From assembly GCA_964404235.1 (NCBI GenBank), contig CAYOJL010000002.1, forward strand, positions 1 through 58,060: a stretch of DNA of 58,060 nt, read 5' to 3'. The number at the start of each line of letters is the position of its first letter. Position 1 is the stretch's first letter. The stretch comes from an uncultured bacterium. GTDB lineage: Bacteria > Fidelibacterota > Marinisomatia > Marinisomatales > UBA1611. Under the pieces are notes generated by a model that did no database searches, was not told the origin of the DNA, and saw only the letters and a list, made by a program, of their open reading frames with translations. This document shows, piece after piece, positions 26,830-36,883 of the stretch. The position numbers were made by a program, and so were the translations under genes.

Positions 26830-28599
26830 TTATTTCAGGTATATCATTTTTCTACTAAAAACGGCTGGAGGCATTTGATCAATCTGTGCCTGTAAAGTAA
26901 TAAAATAAATACCTGTTGATCTACCATCTCCATCCCAAGTATAATTATATATCCCAGATGTAATAAATTCTGCTTCAACCAATTTATCATGTATACGACC
27001 TGTAGCATCTGTGATATATAGACTAACAACTGCATCTTCTAGAAGATCAAATGAAATTCTGGTCTGACCATTAAATGGATTTGGATAATTTTGATACAGA
27101 ACAAAAAGTTCAGGCACAAAATTTTGATCGTAATCATCAACAATAATTTCATTAGTGGAACCCATAGTATATGATTCTGAATAATGCCAACTACCACCAT
27201 CAGGATTCCTACTGATAGCATAGGGTATAGTATCCAAAATTATATATTCAGTATAAAATGAATTCCCCTGACTCGATATCATTAATGATATAATAGATGG
27301 CAATTCAATATCATCATTTATTGTAAACGTAGAATCTATAAATTGTAAATCATATCCAATTTTTGGTTTTATTTCCCAAAAATCCTCACCATTATTTTTG
27401 ATAAAGTATTGATCATAAAAATTTGGGCTACCAGCTAATTCAAGTTCTATTTTTTTTGAATATGGATTCCAGTTGATCTCATTCATCCATAACAAAGACT
27501 TATCAATTGATACTTTGATTTGGTCATTCATAGAATCGGAATCTATAGGAACGATATCCCCTTGAATTGTGAATATTACTGGCTCATTAATGATCAAGGG
27601 ACAGGTTTGGATAAAAACATCACCCATCATAAGATCAACAAATTCCCAGTGATCAGGTATTGGTACAGAAATCCAATTTGAATCTGTTAATCTATGTTCA
27701 TCCAAATTAATATATTCGTCACCAGACATTATGTAAACCTCATTAGCACTTAATTGGTCGGGGTGAAATAAATATAACTTTAACATTGAACTGTTGTCAT
27801 CAATCGTTTCTGAACTAATAATCCTAACTGGAGCTATAATTTCAAACATATCTAAAGCTTTAGGATATTCTTTATAAAGAAAATTCCAATGACTGCGGAT
27901 GTTATTTAATTCTTTTCCAACTTTATCTGACCAAATATTCGGGGTCAGATATAAATGATTCCTATATAATTCCTCATATTCTAAGATATCATTGATTAGT
28001 TCTTGGTCATTAATAATATCATTAACTGGGCCAATTATAGCTTCTATTTTTCTTAATAGATCTAATGGGAATAATTCTAACCAATTATGATCAGGTCTTA
28101 GTTCAAATCTTAATAATTGTGCTATCGGGTAGAAATCAATAGAAAGGTCATATCGATTTATATTCTTTTCTATATGCATAATTATTAGATCTTGCATAGA
28201 ACTAATATCTCTATTGTATGATGAAGAATCATAAATCGCAGTACAAGTACCAAAAGGTGGAGTTTCAATATCACTATGGTGGACTCTACTAAAGATGTCT
28301 TCAATTTCGATCTTGTATAAATAACGTTCATTTGGTTCACAATCAGTATCGAGATATTGTGATTGATCATTTTGGAGTGTTGACAATAATACAAAATCTT
28401 GGCTTCCAAACTTTTGGACAAATATTTTTGTCTGATACACTTTGATAGAATCAGGATAAGACCAGGAAATAAGTAACGAACCCTGACCATCATAGACTGA
28501 AAGGTCTATGGGGTAAGATATTAGATCTTTATCTGTTGCTTGAATGAAACAATAGACAAAGATAGCTTTTGCTAGAAATTGTTTTAGTATCCGAATCAT
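26830..28599 (-). CDS. Secreted hypothetical protein with T9SS C-terminal sorting domain
   Basis: 589 aa with a signal peptide and an Fn3-like N-terminal segment. The C-terminus reads YQNYPNPFNGQTRISF...GIYFITL. Confidence 0.8.
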   Translation of the reverse strand: MIRILKQFLAKAIFVYCFIQATDKDLISYPIDLSVYDGQGSLLISWSYPDSIKVYQTKIFVQKFGSQDFVLLSTLQNDQSQYLDTDCEPNERYLYKIEIEDIFSRVHHSDIETPPFGTCTAIYDSSSYNRDISSMQDLIIMHIEKNINRYDLSIDFYPIAQLLRFELRPDHNWLELFPLDLLRKIEAIIGPVNDIINDQELINDILEYEELYRNHLYLTPNIWSDKVGKELNNIRSHWNFLYKEYPKALDMFEIIAPVRIISSETIDDNSSMLKLYLFHPDQLSANEVYIMSGDEYINLDEHRLTDSNWISVPIPDHWEFVDLMMGDVFIQTCPLIINEPVIFTIQGDIVPIDSDSMNDQIKVSIDKSLLWMNEINWNPYSKKIELELAGSPNFYDQYFIKNNGEDFWEIKPKIGYDLQFIDSTFTINDDIELPSIISLMISSQGNSFYTEYIILDTIPYAISRNPDGGSWHYSESYTMGSTNEIIVDDYDQNFVPELFVLYQNYPNPFNGQTRISFDLLEDAVVSLYITDATGRIHDKLVEAEFITSGIYNYTWDGDGRSTGIYFITLQAQIDQMPPAVFSRKMIYLK

Positions 28600-28608
28600 A
28601 AAGAAAGC

Positions 28609-28627
28609 AATTAGGCGAGACCTAATT
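28609..28627 (-). terminator. Weak hairpin between the S8 peptidase gene and the next gene (possible attenuator or terminator)
   Basis: aattagg (28609-28615) pairs with cctaatt (28621-28627) around a 5-nt loop. On the minus strand it is followed by gctttcttt, so only a partial T-tract. Confidence 0.3.
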
Positions 28628-28674
28628 TGGATGAATTATGTTACTAAGGCAAGAAAATCATTAATCAAATGAAA

Positions 28675-30333
28675 CTATTTGATATAGGTAACTTTTTTAT
28701 AATTCCTTTGTCCATTGTTATATGAAGCAACAAAATATATACCACTAGGTAGGTTATTTGGATTCCATTCAAATTTTTGAATTCTGATATCAGAGATTTG
28801 ATCAAAAATTGTGGAAATGTAATTACCATTGTATGAGAAAATATCTACTTTAAGATGGGATCTTTGATCTACCGTGATCTCAATATTTAAAGAAGGATTA
28901 AATGGGTTTGGGTATGCTTTTATAATAGAATATTTGCTAGGTATAGAATTATTATCATCTAAACCAGACATTGCTTCATATTCTATAGCTGCTGCTGCAT
29001 TTATTATGCCATATCCATAATCATTATTTGCGCTATCTGACATAGAGGCTGTCATCATCATAGCCTCTCGAATATACATTGCGGTCCAATCAGGTTTCGC
29101 TTGAACAATTAATGCAGCTACACCACCAACCAAAGGACATGCAAGTGATGTTCCACTTAATTGTGTATAATTTTCTGTACTATTAGGACTTATACACCAA
29201 GTTTGTCTACCTCTAGCACAAACTTCAGGCTTTATCCTACCATCAGCAGTTGGTCCGTGTGAGCTAAAGCTTGTTATCTCTCCACTTGCATTTACTGCTC
29301 CAACGGATATGACCGAATCTGCATCTGCAGGAGCAATAATATAGTACCATTCATCATTGCCTGAATTACCTGCTGCTGTTACACAGATCATACCTAATCC
29401 AGCAGCAATATCAACACCAATGGTTGTAACTGCTGTATTGCCATCCATATCATCATATTCGTACCAATCCAGATATCCCAAGGAGGTTGTGACCACATCT
29501 GCACCATTTTCTTCCCCCCATTCTAGACCGGCAACATAATTATCTTCTTCTTGTTGGACCTCTTGAGAGACATCTTCTGTTTTAGCTAAAAGGAATTCCG
29601 AATCGAATGCAATTCCAACCAATTCGCCAGGAGCATTTGCAGCAATTGTAGAAAGTACCGCTGTGCCATGATAATCTTGATTGATATCTTCCTCTTCTTC
29701 AGTTTCATTTGCAGTTTCATTATCATCATTGATCACATCCCATTGCGCAACAACATTAATATCAATTAATGCATTATGGGATAGATCAAAACCTGTATCC
29801 ATTACAAGTATCCTAGTTCCTTCACCTGTAAATCCTTGGTTATGCAATTCATGAACATTTATCTGCTCTGTCTGCTCCAGTGCATAACCATAATCAATAT
29901 CATCTCTAGAATAAGCACTGAATTCCATATATTCTGTAAGTGGTTTGGACCTGAAACCAAGTACAGGTTCAATTCTATCTATAAAATGTAATTCTATAAG
30001 TTTATCAAGGTCTGTTTTAGCACAAAGCAAAGATATAGCATTAAGCCAACGACTCTCATTTTCTATTATTAATCCCATTGAGGCTATCTCATCTTTATAA
30101 ATAGAAGAGACTGGAGTATCATACCAACTAGCATTATTGAGAATCCCATTTTTAATTCTTCTCTGAACTGTTTTTGAATTCAATGGGATTGGTTGAGACC
30201 CTTCTTTATCTATAAAATAGACCCAGACCCTATATTTTTCATTTCTTTTTCCTAACTCGATCTTATTGAGATCTATCTTCTGGGGAAAAACTAATATTGG
30301 AAAAATAATTAATAATAAAAATCTCATGCTCAA
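28675..30333 (-). CDS. Subtilisin-like serine peptidase (S8) with T9SS C-terminal sorting domain
   Basis: 552 aa. Catalytic triad motifs are VMDTGFD, HGTAVLS and SGTSLACP. It has an N-terminal propeptide-like region and a C-terminal AYPNPFNPS...GIYFV. Confidence 0.92.
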   Translation of the reverse strand: MSMRFLLLIIFPILVFPQKIDLNKIELGKRNEKYRVWVYFIDKEGSQPIPLNSKTVQRRIKNGILNNASWYDTPVSSIYKDEIASMGLIIENESRWLNAISLLCAKTDLDKLIELHFIDRIEPVLGFRSKPLTEYMEFSAYSRDDIDYGYALEQTEQINVHELHNQGFTGEGTRILVMDTGFDLSHNALIDINVVAQWDVINDDNETANETEEEEDINQDYHGTAVLSTIAANAPGELVGIAFDSEFLLAKTEDVSQEVQQEEDNYVAGLEWGEENGADVVTTSLGYLDWYEYDDMDGNTAVTTIGVDIAAGLGMICVTAAGNSGNDEWYYIIAPADADSVISVGAVNASGEITSFSSHGPTADGRIKPEVCARGRQTWCISPNSTENYTQLSGTSLACPLVGGVAALIVQAKPDWTAMYIREAMMMTASMSDSANNDYGYGIINAAAAIEYEAMSGLDDNNSIPSKYSIIKAYPNPFNPSLNIEITVDQRSHLKVDIFSYNGNYISTIFDQISDIRIQKFEWNPNNLPSGIYFVASYNNGQRNYKKVTYIK

Positions 30334-32576
30334 ATACCTAAAATGAGATTTGACAAGTTAATAATATCCATTACATCAATTACACCACTGCCATCTAGAT
30401 CGCAGAAAAATAATTGAGCATCAGTTGGTTCTCCCCCAAAAAGTATTATATCTGCTAATGATAAAAGATCAAATATATCTGCAACCAAATCCATATTATA
30501 ATCTCCCATTACACCCATAGGAAAACCAGAGATTGAAAAGTCATCAACAGTAAATCCATCTCCTTCAACAAAATTATCTGAGGTCTGGATAAAACGGAAA
30601 CCAGATATGGCAGCACCATCATTTAACTGATCTAGATATATAGTTTCTTGAACCCAATCTTCCTGTGTACCATCATATCCGTGCTCACCCAATGGTTGAG
30701 CAGGCTGACCTACACCAGGTTCTGTAAAGTCACCCTCAAGACTTACCCAACCCGAATCAATAACAAAAGCTTGGAATCGAACAAAATCCCAGTTTGATTC
30801 TATATCCCACTTAGCAGTGAAGTTTATTATTGGATTAGATAAAAAATTAAGATTTACATTATGAACAAATTCTGCGATCGTTTCTTGAGCTTCTTGGTAA
30901 TCTCCATCAGGACTATCAGATAAGGCAAATGAACCAGTAGCGGCATCATCAGTTAGTCCCCAATCTCCATCCAAAGACCAGTTATCAAGATTATCCTCAA
31001 AACCATCATAGAATAGGATCTGTGGCTGGCCAATCAAAAATTCAATAGTATCAGTTCTTGAAATACTATTATCACTATTTATTTCAACTATAATTCCTGA
31101 ATAACCCCCTTCTAAGGCATCCTCAGATACAATTATAGAAAACGAAAAATCATCAGAATCCCTAGCATCTATTTCACTCATGGTATAGGATTCTGTATCA
31201 AATGATATCTGATGATTAATAGGCGCAACATTTATTTCAATATCACCATTAGAATTACTAAGACCACGATTTTGAATAATGAGCTCCATTTCTATTTCTT
31301 CACCAGGCATAACAAACTCTTCTGATAATTGATATGAATGGACAACTATATCTGGACCAGAAACAAATGCGAATATTTTATTTGAGTGAAGTTGGGCAAT
31401 ACATAAATCAAGTACTTCATCCTCAGAAGGCCAAAAACCCTGTGATGGTGATCCTACTTCTGGAACGTATGCTATAATGTCCTGGTCACCATAGGTCCAA
31501 TCCACAGCATCTCCATTCACAGTATAGCCAATTGTTGAAAGCCCAGTACCTACGACATAGCCATTATACCTTGCCATCTCTTCTCCTATTTCTCTCAGCG
31601 TTGTTAGATCTGGTTCATCAGGTAATGACCCATCACCCCATGCATGGATATATATATTTGAATAGGTATGATAATGCAAAACATTCTTGAATTCACGGTC
31701 AATAATAAAATCGCGAACTGCCTGTGTTTCTGGTTCAGAGAATTCTGATTCACCCCTGTAGGTTGTTGAGCAAGGATTTGGAGAAGACCCCGTGTTATCT
31801 GAACCCCAGCCATAACCATAGTTCCGGTTAAGGTCAACACCGCGATTCGTACCATCACCACAACCCGTATCTAATCGATTTTTACGGTGCATCCCTCCAC
31901 CATCAGGCTCAATATATTCGTTATATATGTAACCATCTGGATTGACAACAGGTATAAACCACATTTCCCTATTATCAATCAAATAAGTTATTTCAGGATC
32001 TATTTGGTATGATTCTGCAAGCATCTGTACAAAATAAAATAAGTTCATCATTCCTAAAGGTTCTCTAGCATGAGTTAACGCTGTATATAAAACCTCTGAC
32101 TCATCCTCGTCGTTACTTGGATTATCTGATACTTTAAAGGCCCATATATCACGTTCTTCAATTGATTGCCCTATAATAATCCTCTCAGATATAATATTCG
32201 GGTATGCATTTTGCAATTCGTCAAATCTTGTATTTAATTCATCCCATGTATAATTGCCTTGCATGGAGCCTAGAGGAAAATCACGGGGGATAGCAGAACG
32301 ATTCCTTGCTCTATAGTGTAAAGTAAGATCTGGTACCAATATTTCAAGATCTATTCCTCTTGATAGCAATTCAATAGTATCATCATCTTTTACAGTTAAA
32401 TCTATAAATACACCTGGTTTACCCGTTATATGATCTAATGGAATGCCCAAGCTTCCTATTATATTTATGGTCTCAAATGTTGGTTCAAATATCCTTATAG
32501 ATTGATGAATTTCATTTGGAAAGGATAAATGAAATAAAAAAACACATCCCAATATAAATCTATATCGATTTCTCAT
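30330..32576 (-). CDS. M14 zinc carboxypeptidase with C-terminal dockerin-like duplicated Ca-binding segment
   Basis: 748 aa with a signal peptide. Zn motifs are LTHAREP (HxxE) and HYHTYS. The C-terminal 58 aa are GDYNMDLVADIFDLLSLADIIL...CDLDGSGVIDVMDIINLSNLIL. Confidence 0.88.
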   Translation of the reverse strand: MRNRYRFILGCVFLFHLSFPNEIHQSIRIFEPTFETINIIGSLGIPLDHITGKPGVFIDLTVKDDDTIELLSRGIDLEILVPDLTLHYRARNRSAIPRDFPLGSMQGNYTWDELNTRFDELQNAYPNIISERIIIGQSIEERDIWAFKVSDNPSNDEDESEVLYTALTHAREPLGMMNLFYFVQMLAESYQIDPEITYLIDNREMWFIPVVNPDGYIYNEYIEPDGGGMHRKNRLDTGCGDGTNRGVDLNRNYGYGWGSDNTGSSPNPCSTTYRGESEFSEPETQAVRDFIIDREFKNVLHYHTYSNIYIHAWGDGSLPDEPDLTTLREIGEEMARYNGYVVGTGLSTIGYTVNGDAVDWTYGDQDIIAYVPEVGSPSQGFWPSEDEVLDLCIAQLHSNKIFAFVSGPDIVVHSYQLSEEFVMPGEEIEMELIIQNRGLSNSNGDIEINVAPINHQISFDTESYTMSEIDARDSDDFSFSIIVSEDALEGGYSGIIVEINSDNSISRTDTIEFLIGQPQILFYDGFEDNLDNWSLDGDWGLTDDAATGSFALSDSPDGDYQEAQETIAEFVHNVNLNFLSNPIINFTAKWDIESNWDFVRFQAFVIDSGWVSLEGDFTEPGVGQPAQPLGEHGYDGTQEDWVQETIYLDQLNDGAAISGFRFIQTSDNFVEGDGFTVDDFSISGFPMGVMGDYNMDLVADIFDLLSLADIILFGGEPTDAQLFFCDLDGSGVIDVMDIINLSNLILGI

Positions 32577-32592
32577 TTACCACTCCTTTTTA

Positions 32593-33864
32593 TTAAATAG
32601 TGGATTTGATCCAATCTGTTGTAATGGACTTTGGACGTGTAATTGGAATACCCAGAGCACGTTCCCAAACCATCTGAGAAATCATTCCCATCGTACGGGA
32701 TATGCTAAAGAGGACGGTATAAAAATTAAATTCTTTCAATCCGTAATAATATAATAGAGATCCTGAGGCTGCATCAACATTTGGCCAGGGATTCTTGGCC
32801 TTACCATGTTCTTTTAACACCCCAGGTACGACCTTAAATAAAAGATCAACAATACCAAAAACATCATCATCTTTTATATGGTCTTGACCAAATTTTATAA
32901 ACGCAGAGAATCTAGGGTCAGGGCATCTCAGAACTGCGTGCCCATATCCAGGTATCACTCTTCCATTATTCAAACGAGACCAGCAATATTCTTTTAACTC
33001 ATCTTTGGAAGGTAGACCTTTAAATTCATCACGAACACTTAAAACAAATTTTAAGCACTCTTGATTTGCAAGTCCATGGAGTGGCCCAGCTAGACCATTT
33101 AAACCGGCAGTAACTGAATAGTAGGGATCGGATAGAGCAGATGCAACTGTATGCGATGCAAAAGCACTGACATTGCCCCCCTCATGATCACAGTGTAACA
33201 TAAAATAGAGTTGCATCAACTTATGAAAGTCACCATTATCATCCGGTAATCCAATCATATGTACAAAGTTACCTGCCCAATCCTTATTAGTATCAGGGTC
33301 AATCCTATCACCCTTTTGAAATCTCATCCTGTATATTCCTGCACCTAGGGCAGGTAGTTTAGCAAGTAGGCGAATACCATCTTCTAGTATTGCTTCCCAA
33401 TACTCACTTTTTGGCATCCCATCATCATATCTTTTGCGAAAAACACTCTCTCCCTGCATAGCAAGAATACCCGTATTGAACATGGTCATCGGATGTGCAT
33501 CATCTGGCATTTCTTTTAATAGATTCCAAACATAATCAGGAACGTTGAGGTGAGATGAAAATTCATCCTTAAGATCCTTGATCTCCTTATCATCAGGTAA
33601 TCTACCAGTAAGCAAGAGAAAAAAGACCTCTTCTGGTAATATATGAGTGATTTCAAGTAAAGGAATACCTCTAATAATTAAACCTTTTTCTGGTGAAACA
33701 GATGATGTATCACAAACAAATGCTTTGATTCCTCTCATGCCAGAATAAGCTTGGGAAACAGTTACTTCACTGATCGTTTTTTCACCTTCCTTATTAAGGA
33801 GGTCTTTTATCTCATTCTGCACCTTTGGAATCTGATTCTGAAGTTCTTTTTTCAGTGAATTCAT
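32593..33864 (-). CDS. gltA: Citrate synthase, eukaryotic/mitochondrial-like type
   Basis: 423 aa. LHCDHEGGNVSAFASHTVASALSDPYYSVTAGLNGLAGPLHGLANQE and PGYGHAVLRCPDPRF match the mitochondrial enzyme motifs nearly residue for residue. Confidence 0.93.
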   Translation of the reverse strand: MNSLKKELQNQIPKVQNEIKDLLNKEGEKTISEVTVSQAYSGMRGIKAFVCDTSSVSPEKGLIIRGIPLLEITHILPEEVFFLLLTGRLPDDKEIKDLKDEFSSHLNVPDYVWNLLKEMPDDAHPMTMFNTGILAMQGESVFRKRYDDGMPKSEYWEAILEDGIRLLAKLPALGAGIYRMRFQKGDRIDPDTNKDWAGNFVHMIGLPDDNGDFHKLMQLYFMLHCDHEGGNVSAFASHTVASALSDPYYSVTAGLNGLAGPLHGLANQECLKFVLSVRDEFKGLPSKDELKEYCWSRLNNGRVIPGYGHAVLRCPDPRFSAFIKFGQDHIKDDDVFGIVDLLFKVVPGVLKEHGKAKNPWPNVDAASGSLLYYYGLKEFNFYTVLFSISRTMGMISQMVWERALGIPITRPKSITTDWIKSTI

Positions 33865-33938
33865 TATTTTATTCCTCTAAAAATTAAATATGTATATAAC
33901 TACTTGAATTTAAACATTCAATCTTTTAACTGAATAAC

Positions 33939-35156
33939 TTAATCTAGCAAACGGACAACTAGTCCTGATCTTAGTTTTGGTTCAAACCAAGTTGATTTTG
34001 GTGGCATTACTTTACCTTCATCTGAAACTTTTAGAAGATCATCTATCGTGACGGGATAAAGTGAAAAAGCTACTTTAGCATCTAAATGGCATCGACGTTC
34101 AAGCTCCTTTAGACCTCTAATACCTCCAACAAAATCAATTCTATTATTTGTCCTAGGGTCATCGATCTTTAAGATTGGTTCCATTATATGATCTTGTAGT
34201 ATAGAAGCATCAAGCCCTAAAACACTATCGTGACTCATTATCTTATCCTTAGCCTCTAATCTGTACCATTGACTATCAAGGAGCATAGAAAAACAATATC
34301 TTCTATTTGGGGTCTCACCTTCTTTCAATTTAGTAACTCTAAATTTCTCTTTAACTAAAGCAACAAAATCCTCTGATGTTAAGCCAGCAAGGTCCTTTAC
34401 CAAACGATTATATCCTAAGATTTGTACCTCATCATGAGGATAAACAGCACCAAGAAAAAAATCAGAAGAGCTATCCTCATTATTTCGAAGCACTTGTACT
34501 CTAGAAGCAGATGCTGCACGATGGTGCCCATCAGCAATATATAGACAAGGTATAGATTCAAAATATGCTTTAATCATTTCAATATGATGAATTTGATCAA
34601 CTTTCCATAATGAATGGCCTGTATTATCCTCTGCTATAAAATTGATATCTTTTATTTTTACCAATATTTTAGATATCATGGCCTGGAACTCACCATCATT
34701 TCTAAATGTTAAAAAAACTGGTCCCGTATTTGCATTTGTGATATCTATATGACACGTCCTATCATCTTCTTTTTCTGGGCGAGTATATTCATGTTTTTTA
34801 ATCAATGAATTATTGTATTCTTTAACTGAAACTGACCCAATAACTCCCGTTTGAGTATGTCCACCCATTGAGATCCGATAGATATAAAAACTCTCTTCCT
34901 TATCATTTAATAATGTCCCATTCTTAATGAATGCATTGAGATTATTAGCAGCATGCTCATGTAACTTTTGTCCTTTCGGTTCATTATCCTTTGAAAAATC
35001 GATCTCGGGTTTGATCACTCTTAAAAAAGACATATTATTCTCTTTAGCCATATGTCTGGCCTCATTGGATGATAGGACATCATATGGTGGAGATGAAACT
35101 AATTTGGCTTGATCAGGGTGTGGCAGATAGCCACGGAAGGGTTTGATCTTTGACAA
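33939..35156 (-). CDS. DUF1015-family protein
   Basis: 405 aa with N-terminus MSKIKPFRGYLP...SPPYDV and an internal ADGHHR motif, both typical of DUF1015. Confidence 0.8.
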   Translation of the reverse strand: MSKIKPFRGYLPHPDQAKLVSSPPYDVLSSNEARHMAKENNMSFLRVIKPEIDFSKDNEPKGQKLHEHAANNLNAFIKNGTLLNDKEESFYIYRISMGGHTQTGVIGSVSVKEYNNSLIKKHEYTRPEKEDDRTCHIDITNANTGPVFLTFRNDGEFQAMISKILVKIKDINFIAEDNTGHSLWKVDQIHHIEMIKAYFESIPCLYIADGHHRAASASRVQVLRNNEDSSSDFFLGAVYPHDEVQILGYNRLVKDLAGLTSEDFVALVKEKFRVTKLKEGETPNRRYCFSMLLDSQWYRLEAKDKIMSHDSVLGLDASILQDHIMEPILKIDDPRTNNRIDFVGGIRGLKELERRCHLDAKVAFSLYPVTIDDLLKVSDEGKVMPPKSTWFEPKLRSGLVVRLLD

Positions 35157-35160
35157 TATC

Positions 35161-35880
35161 TTATCTTTTATCTTTGAATAATTCTCGTGCGGATTCTAGA
35201 TCTTCAATAAAATCAATCTCAAGGCAAGGATATTCGGAAATATCTATGTAATGGACATCTGTCTTTTGTAATAATGGTTGGATCCCTGCTTCAAAATAAT
35301 CATTCTTACCGCCTGCTTGAATCAGGTCACTTATCGATCTTGTGAAAAGCTCAACAAAGTCTTTAGATAATTTTGCAACACCTATAAACTCGCCAAGACA
35401 TTGTTCCTCAATAAGATCCTTTCCTATTGCAACTACCTTATTTTGCCCACCATCTATTACTTTGACCTCTTCTTTCCCACATGCTTTTATTTCAACCGCT
35501 AAAACTGTTTCATGCTCAGAACTATATACCTTATTTAAGAGATCTTTTGGATATATTACATCGGCATTCATTAATAGATTAATTGAAGTAAGACTTTCTC
35601 TTGCTACATGAACCGAATATGCTGTATTTGTCTCAAAATAATGGTGATTGATAACAAAGTTGAAATTGAGGTTTGGAAAAAATTTTCTAACATTTGTCAT
35701 CAACATTTCACGATGGTATCCAACAACCATTGTAATATCTTGAACACCAAGATCTTCTAAAGCTTCTAGCTGATAATGTATTATTGGCTTACCACTTACT
35801 TTTAAAAGGCATTTAGGGATGTCATAGGTGTGTGGATACAGTCTCCTAGATACTCCTGCGGCTAGAATAAATGCTTTCAT
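35161..35880 (-). CDS. LicC/IspD-fold nucleotidyltransferase (NTP_transferase family), likely making a CDP- or NDP-activated donor
   Basis: 239 aa with N-terminal ILAAGVSRRL...PKCLL signature. Confidence 0.8.
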   Translation of the reverse strand: MKAFILAAGVSRRLYPHTYDIPKCLLKVSGKPIIHYQLEALEDLGVQDITMVVGYHREMLMTNVRKFFPNLNFNFVINHHYFETNTAYSVHVARESLTSINLLMNADVIYPKDLLNKVYSSEHETVLAVEIKACGKEEVKVIDGGQNKVVAIGKDLIEEQCLGEFIGVAKLSKDFVELFTRSISDLIQAGGKNDYFEAGIQPLLQKTDVHYIDISEYPCLEIDFIEDLESARELFKDKR

Positions 35881-35892
35881 AATAAAATAAAA

Positions 35893-36882
35893 TTACTGAT
35901 TTATGAAACTATTCACAGCATTTTCAATATCGGATCTTGCAATATTTTTTAAACAGACCAGAGGCTCTTCAATATTCATACAAACATTTTTTCTACAAGG
36001 ACTACATTCTACATTTTTATTAATAACTAATGTTTTCAAGCCAATTGGTCCCGTAATTCCACTCATACCAGCGCCAAAAAAAGACACGGTTGGAATATCT
36101 AATGATGCGGCAATATGTCCCAGACCACTGTCTGCCGCAAGAGCATAATCACACTGAGAAATAAGTGCAATAGCTTGACGAAAAGAATATTTGCCACAAA
36201 TAGATCGAATTGAATTATTTGTGCAGATATCAATCAACTCTTCTGCATTTTTAATATCGTTATTTGATCCAAATAACAGATAATCACTTTTTGAATCCTT
36301 TATCCATTCTTTTATTAAAAAATTTGGAACTGTCCTAGACGTAGCAACGCTGAAAGGTAAAAGTGCAATCGGATGATCAAGACCTAGCTCAATTATTGTT
36401 TTACGTGCCCATAACACTTCTTTTTTTGATAGGTGTATTTTAGGAAAGACCTCAATAGGCCTTTCTGCTCCTAACATATTCAAATATTTATTAGAACGAT
36501 GTATATTGGGTTCCAATGAATAAAATACATCTGTTAAAAGGATAGACCTCATCTGAGAACGATATCCATAACGTCTTTTAGAACCTGAGAGCCACATTAT
36601 AAAGGCACTTCTAATTGAATCGGTTAGTGTATAGAATATATCAAACTTTTCAGCTTTTAATTTTAATCCAGCTCTAATTGTACTAATTGGACCTTCTATA
36701 TCTCGATCGCTAATTGAAATCACTTTATCAATTGATGAATGGTTATCATAAATAGCTGATACCCACTCTTTACAAAAAATAATAATCTCTGCCCTCTCAT
36801 GTTGGATCCTTAATTGTTGAATAAATGGCAGCGCCATGACCGCATCTCCTATCCAATTAGGGCTGTATACTCCTATTCTCAT
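35893..36882 (-). CDS. Glycosyltransferase family 9 (LPS heptosyltransferase-like)
   Basis: 329 aa with N-terminal SPNWIGDAVMALPFIQQL and a C-terminal DSGLGHIAASL motif. Confidence 0.85.
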   Translation of the reverse strand: MRIGVYSPNWIGDAVMALPFIQQLRIQHERAEIIIFCKEWVSAIYDNHSSIDKVISISDRDIEGPISTIRAGLKLKAEKFDIFYTLTDSIRSAFIMWLSGSKRRYGYRSQMRSILLTDVFYSLEPNIHRSNKYLNMLGAERPIEVFPKIHLSKKEVLWARKTIIELGLDHPIALLPFSVATSRTVPNFLIKEWIKDSKSDYLLFGSNNDIKNAEELIDICTNNSIRSICGKYSFRQAIALISQCDYALAADSGLGHIAASLDIPTVSFFGAGMSGITGPIGLKTLVINKNVECSPCRKNVCMNIEEPLVCLKNIARSDIENAVNSFINQ

Positions 36883-36883
36883 C

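Noticed and set aside
26844-28493. Same-strand alternative-frame ORFs inside the 589-aa gene (26844-27035, 27039-27221, 28185-28493), and likewise 31604-31861, 49541-49783 and 54725-54919
   Set aside because: They are embedded out of frame in genes whose main frame carries clear domain motifs. The peptides are hydrophobic and low-complexity with no RBS or conserved features. I see no slippery-site evidence for programmed frameshifting.
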